Translations under genes and position numbers: made by a program
The notes under the pieces: model-generated
What the model saw: the letters and a program-made list of their open reading frames with translations, nothing else
What the model was told of the DNA's origin: nothing
Databases searched by the model: none
In this document: in pieces, positions 23,101-35,100 of the stretch
Numbering within the stretch: position 1 is the stretch's first letter
Layout: every line of letters starts with the position of its first letter
Assembly (NCBI GenBank): GCA_026387455.1
Contig: JAPLLR010000046.1
Span: 4,921-68,920 of the forward strand
DNA from: Candidatus Omnitrophota bacterium
GTDB taxonomy: Bacteria; Omnitrophota; Gorgyraeia; Gygaellales; Profunditerraquicolaceae
Length of the DNA stretch: 64,000 nucleotides
Direction: 5' to 3'

Positions 23101-26100
23101 GGTAAAGGCACGATCAAGGTAAAGGTAAATAATCCGGAAGCGCTCGCAGGAGACCAGAAGAAATTAGAGAGATTAAATCGCGCTGTCGCTAGGATAGAAA
23201 AACAGAATTCTCAAGCTCAGGATGAAGCGGTACAGGGCCAGATTCAGGAAGCTGGATTCTGGGCGAGATTAATCGGCAGAAAAGGCCGTTCAGCTTTTGA
23301 AGCCAGTCCTTCATCCAACCCTGCCGAAAGCCCCGCATTAAAAGAATTAAAAGCGCAACGCGATGCCTTAGCCGAGAAGATCACTAAGAATATGTCGCCT
23401 GTCCCTGAAGCTGATTTGGCCAGACAACATCTCCAGCAATTAAGGAAAGCCATAAATATTCTTAAGGAGACTACTGACTCTGACCGGGCTATGGATAGAG
23501 TGGTTAAGGAAGTAGTCAGCAAGGATAAAAAGCAAACCAACAAAGAGCGCCAAACAGAGGCGAAAAGGTTTATAGAAGAAGCCAGGCGCTATCTGCCTGA
23601 ATCGCAAGCCCCTAAGCCTGTTATACCAAAAGGTCCATCCGTCGTATATTTTGGCAACGAAAGCGGGCCAGTACAAAAAATCCATCTTAGCCCCAAAGAA
23701 ACAACGCAAGATGCAGCAGCGACAGCAGCGAAGGTTTTCCGCAAGCCTATTGCGCTTCTACCTGCTCATATATCTGCACCCAAGCCATTCTTTAGCAGAG
23801 TGATAGATGCCATAAAATCGAAGTTCTCTAGATCTGCTAAGTCTTCCGAGCCAGAGTTACTGCCTTCAGCTAGTCAGGAAGCAAAAGAGGCGATTAGAAA
23901 AGAAAGAGTAGCACAGAGAGATCAGCTTAAGAAAGTAGCGGCCATAGTAGCCGAAGCCGAGACTCCTGGTCAAGCTAAAGTAAAAGTAGCGCAGATGCTG
24001 CAGAGCGAGCCGGCTAAGAAAGACCTATCCAAAGAAGAGAGAAAGGTAGCTTTAAAGAGAGCAGAAGAGCTTATAGAAGAGGCAAAACCGTATGCACCTG
24101 AAGTCGAGCAAGGAAAAGAGCATGCCAGCAAGATCGAAAAAGTTACCAAGATCCTTCAGCAAACCACTGATTCTGATCAAGCCAGGGCAAAAGTCGTAAA
24201 AGAAGTAGTTTCAGACGGTAGAAAGCAGACTAAGAGAGAAAGAATTGTTGACCAGCGTAAGGCAGACCAGTTGATTGTAGAAGCCAGGCGCCAACTGTCT
24301 AAATCGCAAACTCCTAAGCCTGCTATGCCAAAGAGCCCATCCGTCATAAACTTTGGTAATGAAAGTGGGCCAGTAGTAAGAATCAACCTTGGCCCCGGAG
24401 AAACTGCGCAAGATGCAGCAGCGAAGGCTTTACGCAAACCTATTGCGTTTCTACCCGCACCTAAATCCCAAGCCAACAGGCAAGAAGTTGCTAAGCCTGC
24501 TCCATCCGAAGATGTTCGGCCGATGTCTGATGAAGCCATAGCTAAGAATCGGCTGGACAATAGGCAAAGGATAACTGAATGGAAAAACCTGAAGAGAATA
24601 GGACAGATACTTTTCGAAACAGCAGATATCCAGCAAGCCAAGGCAAGAGTAGCGCAAGAGGTGCTTGGGGTCGGTAAGGAAAGATCCCAGAGAGAGCAAA
24701 AAGCTGCGCTTAGGAAGGCAGAAGGGCTTATAGCAGAGGCAAGGCAACATGTGCCTAGCGCCACCACCACTACTGTTGCTCCCAAGTCCAAAATGACAGA
24801 GGTGGCTAGGATCGTGCGCGGTGAGAATGGCGAGCCTGCATTTGAGGCACATCCGACTATGAGTTCCTCCAGCGCGCAGTTGAAGGAGTATGTAGCTACA
24901 GAAGAAGCAGCCCATCTGACATTAGGTAACAGAGGCACAGCCGCGGAAGAAATCGCTGCTAATGTATTTACCCTTGAACGCTTAGGCATACGCGATGCTG
25001 AGAAAGTTACTGATCCGCATTTAAGAGCTTTAGCAGAGATATCATTGGACCATGGCGTAGAGAGCCCCATAGTAAGGACTGCCCGTTTTTATAGCGAGAT
25101 AGATGCGCAATTAAGAGACCAGCTTGTAGACAGCCATGGTAATTTGCGCCGGGACGTTTTGGATAACGCTACTAGACAGCTTGCGGGCCTTAGGAAAAGA
25201 AGCAGCGATGTAGAGGCTCGCAGAGACCATTTGAAAGATTTATTATCCTGGTCGCGCATAGCCGTCAGTAAGGAAGGCCAGCCTCAAGAAGTTTTGGCGC
25301 GTTCGCCGTTCAGGATGGCAGACGCTGGTAAAGAAAGCGCGCAGAAGACGCTAAGTGAATTAATTAGTCAAAGTAACTCCTTGTCTACAGAAGAGGCAAA
25401 AGCTCTTGGGGTTGCAATAAAGAATGCAATAAAATCAGGAACGCCAATTGATCAAATACAAGATCCTACCATTAGAAAGGCAGCTCAACTTTGGAAAAAA
25501 GCTTTTGAAAGTCCAGAGCTAAGAAAAGTGATGAGCTTAGAACTTAAGGAAGATCAGATAGCCCAGACTATATTAGAGGCTGTATCGAGGCCGATACTAG
25601 GTAGAGATTTGGGTGCTGGAAAGACAGCAGGTGATATCGCAGCCTTTGCAGTTCGTTTCCAGGTAGCTACGCAAGAAGGTAAAGAATTGAATGAAAGTTC
25701 TTGGAAAATAAAAGATTTCTTAATTGAGCAAGCAATTGATGGCTCTGACCCCATAGCAAGATTTTTTATGGAAGAAATCGCTAAATCCGCAAAGATATTG
25801 AGATGGGTTGTCGTGCCAGATGGAAAAGGCGGCACAGAGTTTAAAGAAGTGCCTATTGATGGTTTTGAAACCCCAGCGGACGCAAAGAGTAAATTTATTT
25901 TTGCTGATAGTGAAACTCTACTAGAAGTTTATCTAGGAGCAAAAGAGAAGAATGGCGAGAAAATGCGCGAAGCATTTAGGCAACTTACAGGAGCTAGCGC
26001 AGACGAAACACAGCTTTTCTTTGCCAATGCAACTTTGATTAAAGCAGAAATAGGGAAAATGTTTAGTCAGTTAAGTAGGGGAAATATTAAAAAAGCAGAG

Positions 26101-29100
26101 CTTATAGCTATTTTATATGAAAAATTAATGAAGTTAAAGGAAACCACGCCGGATTTAATAGATGGTCGATTAATCATAAAAGATGGATTAGGTAAGGAAG
26201 TAGAGGTTCATTCCTCAGCTTGTATAAAGGATGAATATCTACCGACGAAGTTACTTGATTTATATAGAAGCATGCGTAAAGCTAAAGAGTTACCCTTTTC
26301 AATGTCTTTCGAAGAATTTAAATCATATGCCCAGCATTGGGCTAGTTCTATGAATCAAAGAATTGACGCAAACGTCTATGTTGAGCTCGACCATTTCGTA
26401 ATGACGCCAGAAGAGAGGATTAAAGCTAACTCTCATCCTTATAGAGTAGCTCAAGAAGATGGGACGGGTCGTCCGAGTACTATTTTAGGAGATCCAATAG
26501 AGGCAGCTTTCTTAGTTGCTAGAATTACTGATGCTAAGCTGAAGTTAGTCTCCGAACCCTCTTTTGATAAGTATACCCAAGAGGAGCGAATAGCAGATAT
26601 AGCGAATGCTCGGCTTCAGGAGTCAAAGAAAAAAGCAGATTTTGCGGAGTTGATTAGCGGGGAATATGGCATAGGAGCAGATAAATTTACTGGCTTTACT
26701 GCAACCCCTGGTAGGGATATGTTACAGTATTATGGAGTAGGGAAGAAGCAACGCGATATACGCTTACTTGATCCGGAGAAATTAATTAAGGAAACGGATC
26801 GAGATTTTAGAGCGACACTTGACAAAGCTATTGAAGGTCAGATAGATACACATATTGGTAATATTAGAGATAATCCGCGCGCTTTACATTTAGGCATTGG
26901 TAGAGATGCAGCTATTGTAAGAAGAGCCTATGAAACAACAAAAAAAGCGGTAGAAGCTGGAGAATTAGTTAGTTCAGATGGTCGTCCTTACGAAGTTAAA
27001 TTTATTGAAGGGTTTGAACCAAAAACACAACAAGCATTGATGAAGGAGTATAGTAAAGGACGCCTTGAAAAACCGATGATTATATATGTTGTCGGTGATC
27101 CTTCAGGAGGTAATATAGCTGCTTTATCAAGAGGTGTAACATCAGCTGCTACACATCAGCTAACCATGGAAGGTATAACTAATATAACTCAGCATCTAGG
27201 TAGGGCAGGAACAGAAGGTAGGGCCGGAGGTTTACATCCAAAGGATCCAGTGAAATTTTTAACACTATCTTTAGAAGATCAGTGGATTACTCCTAAGCAA
27301 AAGAAAGAATTAGCCGGGTTAACTGGTAGAGACTTGACTAAGAAATTAATAGATATTGGGTATAATATTGATACAGTTATTGGAGAACAAGGTTTTCACC
27401 GTACATTAATTACTTCAGTTTCAAATATACAATATACACAAGCAGAGTTAGCTGCTTTAAAGGCAAATTTACAGGCAAGAAGAGATTCTCAGCGGACACA
27501 AAATAGAGATTTAGGCGTATCTTTGAATGGTACCTTAAATAATGTGCCCGAAGGCGCGCGTAAAGTTATAGAAGCAAAGTTTTCTAATGCTCAACGCGGT
27601 TGGACAATTCCCGCAAGCGATTCTAAAACAGCTCCGCTTAATTTAACTACTGCGGGCAGTCTCGTCTGGCAACAAACCCAGTCACTTATGCATGCTGCGC
27701 AAGACGACCGTAAGTCAATAGCTTCTCTTAATCTTGGTTTGTCTTCAACAACCCAGGCAGCGTTACAGGCAAGAGATTTAACCACGCAGGAAGCTTTTAC
27801 TGCTGTAACTGAGATGGTAGATAATGGCGTTCTGAATTTAGCCCATCCTGAAAGAGGAATTACCTCGTTAGCAGCTATCGGTGGAGCGGTGAGGGCGCTA
27901 AACAGCCAGAATTCGACTCAGCCGCTTAATATAGGTAAGGCTGAAATCGATGATATGTATAATCCTGTTTCCCGCGATTATAGCTTACTGCGTAGTGTGA
28001 CTACACAACTGCAGAATACTAATCCGCAATTAGCCAGAGAGCTGCAAAGTGTTTATAGTGGTACTTATACCACTTCGCAAAGACAAGAATCTATCCGCCA
28101 AGCTGAATTAAAACTTGAGGCTAGGCAGATTCGCTTAGTGAATAACCAAGAAGCAGGATGGGAAAAGACAAAGAGAGGAATTGGTTTTGTTGCTGGCGGC
28201 GCGGTGCTTGGTACGGTGGCCGGCGGTGTCTCCTGGTTCCAGAATAAACAGCGCCCGACAAAAGACGAGATGAAGGATATATACAGGAATACTAGTTTTA
28301 TCTTGTCGAACCTTCCTTTAATAATCAGGGCTAAACCCGAAGCAGGGGTTGCGGTGGCGAAATTATCATTCCTGGCACTGGGAATTGTGCTAGCTCTTAA
28401 ATTAGCGCCCCCAGCTATACCTTTATTAGCTAAATTAGCCGCAAGCACCAGCCTGGCTGGCTTTCTAGCTCCGATAGTGACTTCTTCAACAACTAATCTC
28501 GCGATATTAGCAGGGACAAGTGCTGCCATAGGATTGCCGGCAATGAAAGCTGTGGATGTTGCAGCCAGAAGGCAACAGGTCACAGTAGGCAAGATCACTC
28601 CTTTGGCCCAGGAATTAGGCGTATCCGAGGGGCAGTTAGCTCCATTATTCACTCCGCGCATCCAGCCGCGCGCGCCAAGTGAGATGATTGGCCGTACTTC
28701 TTTCCTGCAGCAGGCTAATCCTAGCAAAGCCGCGAAAATGGATGTTAATAAGTTGGTTCCCGGCCTTAATATGGATGAGGTAAAAGGGTTCGTTAGTATC
28801 TTTAACCGTCCATATCGTAATGCCGTAAATGCCACCACAAAGTTAATAGAAGCCAATTCCTATTTCAGCGCGGACAATCTGCAGGCGCAGGCTTTTAGAT
28901 CGATTAATCTTTCGGCCAAAGCCGAAGAGCAGAGCGAGCGGGAAGCAAACGCAAAGAGGCAGGAGCTAAAGGAGGAAGCAAGGAAGCTTAAGATCCTGAC
29001 TCAGGCTTTATTAGCGCTAGCGGGAAATGAAAGCCGGCCTAATTCTGGTAGAGTAAAATTAAGCCGGGTCAAAGAGAAATTAGAGCGCTCCGGAGAGGAT

Positions 29101-32100
29101 TTGTGGGAGGTAGCAGAGAAGTATCGTCTTATCCAACCGGAAAATGCGGTTACCTTTGATATGGCTGAGCCGGTGGTAGAGAGATTATCCCGCAAGGCAG
29201 GCATCTCTAGAGATGAGGCCAGAGAATTTGTTTATCCGTTGGTAACTCAGAGGACTAACCAGAATATCGCGCAAGACGTGCAGAATGCGCATAATGAGTT
29301 GATGGTAACCATGCCAGTAGCTGCCGATATGATACCTTTACCTACCATCGCCAGTGCGACTAGAGATGGCTCATGGCAGCGCTTTACGGACAGATTAAGA
29401 GAGCGCAATGACGCTGACCTTGCGGAAGCCAAACTTATTGCCGAGGCGGTTAACAATACTCAGGCAAAGGGTTGGAATATTGGCAGAGTTCTTACACATA
29501 TTAGCCCGGAGAATTTAGCAAAGACAAGGCAAGATATTGCTACCGGTAAAACAGATACTAATGTTCCGGAAATTGCCAAGCCTGCTGAGCCGAAAGCTCC
29601 TACTCAGGCAGAGATTCGCTCTAGCCTCGAAACTTTAAGCCAGAAGACAGAACGGGTCACTCTTGCCGGAGGACGCAAGGTAGAGGGAGTCAGGGTAGAG
29701 GCCGGCACAGCGGTTGAGATCAGCAATCACCGTCCGGATGGAAAATTTGTAGCTAAGGATCTAGCCAAGCCTAAGGATACGGCAAAGATTAGCGTAAATA
29801 AGGACGGCTCTGTCTTAATTACTAGCAGAAACGGTTTAGGCGATAAACTTGAGAAATTAATCAAGAAAGAAGTTCCGCAAGCGCCTTATGTAGACGCGGT
29901 AAAGCCGATCTCTAGTATTACGCAGACTGTCACTACGATTGCTGTGTGGGGTTTTAGTGTTGCGATTGTTTTAGCAGCAATGCATACCGGTTGGTTTGAC
30001 CCCGCAGCATTAGCGCATCTTGCCGGCTGGAAGGCGTTCTTAGCCAAGGGAATCATTAACGGATCGGTTATGTTGGCAGCTTTGACTTTGCATGAACTTG
30101 GTCATGCTGCTGTCGCTTTCTTTGCCGGAGACAAGAGCCAGAAGGTCAGGGACAGGTTGACGCTCAATCCGCTTAAGCATTTAAGCGTATGGTCTTTACC
30201 TATATTAGCAGGATTACCGGGCGCGGCAAAGCCGGTAGAAGTCAATTTTGGCAGATTAAATGACAATAAGGTGAGGGCAGTAGCTGCCGCAGGTCCGGCA
30301 GTTAACTTAGTTACTGCTGGCCTGGCGCTAGGAATATTCTTATTGACCGGTAATCCCACGGTTGCCTTGTTCGCAAAGCAGTTTGCAATTATCAGCGCTG
30401 TGCTAGGTACCGTTAACCTTATTCCATTTGCCCTTCCTCAATGGATAAGTAAGTTTATCAATAAAGGCAACAATAAGCCGGTATTATTTGACGGCGCGCG
30501 CGTGATCTTAGGCGCGAAAGAGAAAGTTTCGCCTAAGATGCAAATGGTAGGCGGTGTTGCCCTTATGCTTTATATGTTCGGGCTTGGGCCAATTCTGCAA
30601 GGACTTGGTTTTGGCGCTGGATTAGGCGCAGGCATGGGCGGCGGTGGAGCCGGTGTAGGAGTAGGCGGCGCAGCAGGCACCATCGGCAAAGGTAGTGGTT
30701 CTGGCGGTGGCGCTGGCAGAGGCACAGCTGAGGTTAAGAGAATTGAAGAAGATGCCAAAAAGGTCAAGCAGTGGTTTAATGATGATTTGAAGCAGATAAG
30801 AGAGGCAAGAGAGGCTCTAGACAGACGGCTGAGAGAGTTACGCAGTCTTATACCTAAACCTCCAATATTAAGCGAAGAGCAGAGAATATTTACTGAGAAT
30901 ATCTTCAGCCGCATCTATCCGCGTTTGATGACTGTCGGAACTCGTCTAGTGGATAATTACCAGAGACTAGCTGGTGAATATGGCTTAAAGCCGGGCAATA
31001 TACGTCTTTATGTGGTTGGAGGCACTGCCAAGAATAAACAGTTAATCGGCTTCAACAGTGATATTGATTTAACTTTTGTTGTAGAAAATTCCGCTGGTTC
31101 TTTAGAGGTCCTGCCTAATAGAGAAGAGTTAGTGCAGAGCCTCTTTGCGGACACGATAAGAGATGTCTTCGGCGATGCCACTGATCAGGAGAGGGCAGCC
31201 ATCCGCGGTAAACTAGATATGTTAAGGTTAGGAGGAGCGCTGAATGAGATTAATGGTCCAGCATTGCTCCTGGCTAGCAGCGAATCCAATAAAGCGCAAC
31301 AGTCTTCACCTAAGCCTACTCAGCCTACTGGACAAGGTCAAAATAGGCATCAGGAGACTCCGATTGCCCCGACACCATCCACGACTTTGCCAACTCAGGA
31401 GCAAACCGGAGAAAAATCGCCTCTCAGAGGAGCTGTGGTGGGCATGTTTGGCTCAAGCATTGGCGTAGGCAGCCATCCGATAGACATGCTCGCGCCTTTA
31501 GATACCTTAGGTAATACTGTCAATTCACTACAACATTTACTCAGTATAGGTGCTGCACAACGTGTGCTTAGCCCGGGTATTCCCGGGGCGACTGCGAATG
31601 CGCTTTCGCAGGTCGTCGGTACGACAAGTGCGCACAATATAGTTACAATAGTTGCAGTAGTAGGATTAGTTGTAGTAGTAGTCACAGTTGGCGCAATAGC
31701 TCTGGTTAATAGCTTCAGAGCAGATGCGAAAACTGCAGGTGCAGGAAGTGTAATCAGCGGAGACGCTGAAAAGACCAGTGGTTCCCAGTTTGCGCCCGGT
31801 AAAGATGCCGGAAACAAAGGTTCCAGAGGTGTAACCGAAGGAACTCGTAATGGCACGGGGTTGCCTGTAGGAAACAATACAGGTAATACCGGAAATACTG
31901 GTAATGCAGCTACTGGATCCAATGGAAATAATGCAGGTTCTGGCAAGAGAACCGGTGGTTGGGCGAGTGCGGTCGAATTAGTAAGAAAACTGTCTTCATT
32001 TGTACGTATCAAAGGTCCCGCAAATAGCCTCACTCCCGCGCAAGTTGTGTCGGAAACCTATGGCGCTCGTGGTCCGCCCGCAGCACTAACAATCATTATA

Positions 32101-35100
32101 GCTACTTTCGCCGCTACGGTAATGCTGGGCAACATCTATGCCGCATCAGCGGTAACGGTTGCCGGTTTACTCGGCGGATTAGCCATAACAGCCCTCTCGG
32201 TAATTGCCTCCTTTAGCATTAATCATATATACTCCTCAAGACTTTATCCGCAAGACGGCCAGGCCAGCATTATAACCACAGGCGTCTACCGTTATTCTCG
32301 GCACCCGCAGCATCTTTGTCTGCAGTTATCCATGCTTGGTTTCTTGGCGATGTTCCCCACAGTTTATACCGCCATTACCGTCATCGCCGTTGTTTCATTA
32401 TTCCATCTTGAATCCAGAAAAGAGGAAGCGAAGTTATTAAATGACTCAAAGCTGGGAGCAGATTATGCCGAGTATCTCAAGAATTCCGGCTTGAAGATGC
32501 TCCCCAGAGATATTGCTAAAAAGATTAGGCCGTATACTTCTTCCGTGGCAGGAGTGGTGACGGCTATTGTTGTAATCGGAGGCTTATTAGCGGCCCCCCT
32601 CCAGGGATCGACCCCCGCTAAAGCCTCCGATACAACGTATACTACAACCAATCCAATCAATAATATAAATTTAACCAAGTATGGCGAGCCTTCCGTGGCA
32701 GGAGTTCGTCGTACAAATGTTGTATCAGAGGGCTCCACAGAAGGCCGTCCCTCCAGGACATTGACCCCTTTTGCCGGAGCCCTCTTTACAACTCAAGGAG
32801 GTGTACTATGTGCCCTATTAATATTAACACTATTAGCATTGACCACATCGTTGATTTTGGCAAGGACCGCACCACTTTCGCAGCAGCCCGTGAACCTGAT
32901 ACGCACCACCTTAGGATCTTCCTTATTTATCAGGATACTGGCAACGTCTACACTCGTAACGGCCGGGCTGATAGCTGGGAGGAGCTTATTGGCGGCAGGC
33001 GTGATACCATACTTGAGCGCGTTCTTGATGCTCGTAGGAACGGTGTTCCTACTTATCGACTTAACGGTTCGCACGAATAAAATAGGATTAACGGTTCGCA
33101 CGAATAACAATAACATAGGAGGTGTAAAATGTGCACAGATTATAACGAATTACAATTCAACCACTTCGTCGTTACAGCCGACGGCACAATCTTTGGAAGT
33201 GCTAGACACGAAGGTCACACCTACAACTTTATTCTCCACGGCAACTATGTCCAGGCCCAACACGGTGAACAATGGATCGATCTGGACACGCCTATCGCAG
33301 AAGTTGTCAGGAGAAGGGCTCAATCAGCCTACGCTATCGCTCCCCGGTACAAGGCCAGCAGGTTCATCTTCGATTAGAACTGCCGGAGCAGTGGTAGCTT
33401 TGGTGTTGGGTGTGATTCTTATTGCCGGCGCGCTGGCAGGCATTCCTCATGGAGTGGCCCCTGTCAGCGCCGCCGTTGCATTGGGGATGTGCAGCCAGGA
33501 AGGAGTTGCTACCGAGGAAGATAGCTTTAGGAATTTAAGGTTAACCCCTGATTACATCCGAAGCGTCCGCTTCGATGAGGAAGAAATAAGAGGGGCGGAT
33601 GAAACTGAACGCCGCATCAATCTTCTTATAAAAGGTATGGGGGACTCTAATTCTCCTTCCGAAATTGGAATAGTAAAGATCCCGGGAAGCCTGAAACGGG
33701 ATAGCTGCCGGGTGTTCAGGTTCAGTAATATAGAAATGACATTTTTTGAGGTCACCAGCCGCTTTGATTCGCAGGAAGGAAGATTCTCTTTGCCGGCGTT
33801 GCCTCAACAGCATGCTTTCCTGATTTCATCAAAATCAAATGATGTCATAGGGCACGGAATCATTAATCGGCCTGTCGGTATTAACGATGAAGTATGGTTC
33901 AGGTATGCTATCCACGGCGGACCTCACAGCAAAATTGGAGCTGATTTCCGGAAAAAAGATTATTATGGGACCAAGGCTTTGGTTTTGATTATGGCGATAT
34001 GTGTAAGCAGCGGTATTTTCAAGGGCCCTGTGAATGCGATTACAACATATTTTGAGAGAGATGAACAGCGCGCTGATCCGGAAGCAGTTCCCGCGGGTAA
34101 GAAATTTATATATGCCAGAGGATGTACTCCTGTTAAGGATAATGATTATTCTCTCTGGCAGTTTAGAATGGATGGTAAAGCCATACCTACCGTAGATGTA
34201 GATGAAAAAGAGCTTGCTAAGCTTGATGGTCGGTCAGCGCAGGAAGACGACTTTGTGGAAGTCAAACTCGGTGACCTGGTGTTTGAGAACGGTCAGCTTT
34301 TCTACCGCCCGAAGGCAAAACCTGAGGATTCAAAGGGCTTGTCCGGTTTTGCGCTTAACTTGAGCCTCTGGCAGTCAGGTTTGATTGTCACTGCAGTTAT
34401 CGTTTTAGTCGCAGCTATAGCCGTAGCCGTAATGGCTAATAGCGTCAGGGGAGATATTTCTTACTTGGATAAGGCTAGAGTTATTCTAGCCAGCCGCTAT
34501 CTGGAAGATTATCAGCGCAGGCAGTTGTTTACGAGAATGGCTAAGGGAGAAATCAGGTTTACCCAGGACACTAGGTTCAGCGACGAAGCGGTGTCCATAT
34601 CAGGAAAGTCATTAAAAGATATTGCCCAGGAAGTATTAAAAGTTATTAATTACTATGAAAATTCGACGCCCTCAGTCAAGGCCAAGGGCACCAATATTCT
34701 GGCCAGACTGTTTTCTTCCCTTGGTTTTATAGTGTTTGTTATTGTGGGTATATATGAATTTGTCTATGCCATGTCTGATTATAACGATGGCAGGGGCAAA
34801 AATTACGCTGCTATGAATAATGTGGATGAACTTAGCTATTCCGTTAGAGATCGTATTTGGGCTTCTCAGGAAGAGTTCATCAGATTATTAGGCGAGGATC
34901 CCAGTAAGGCTGTAAAAGCCGACAAAAAAGAGAAAATCGGCAAGGTAGCTCAGATGTTGGATTTCATGAATGTCCATCGCCAGGCCATCCAGAAATATGC
35001 CGATCAGTATGGAATCGATCCGGAGCTACTTGCCGCGATCCTCTTGACTGAAAGACTGGATATGTTTGAAGGAGATTTCCCGTGGGAGGTTAATACTGAC

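Noticed and set aside
24177-25070. 297-aa minus-strand ORF (and similar: 28065-28856, 31395-32033, 16548-17027, 39033-39506, 49422-49934, 50796-51209)
   Set aside because: All lie antisense to the continuous frame-1 coding sequence. Their translations are Ser/Ala/Leu/Thr-rich low complexity typical of shadow ORFs opposite K/E- and A-rich coding DNA. There is no SD and no recognisable motifs.
32761-33400. Splitting the giant ORF into two genes at the small-ORF cassette
   Set aside because: Frame 1 has no stop anywhere across 32400-33600 (checked codon by codon against verified line anchors). A gene boundary is therefore not supported by sequence, although the frame-1 peptide there looks non-native.
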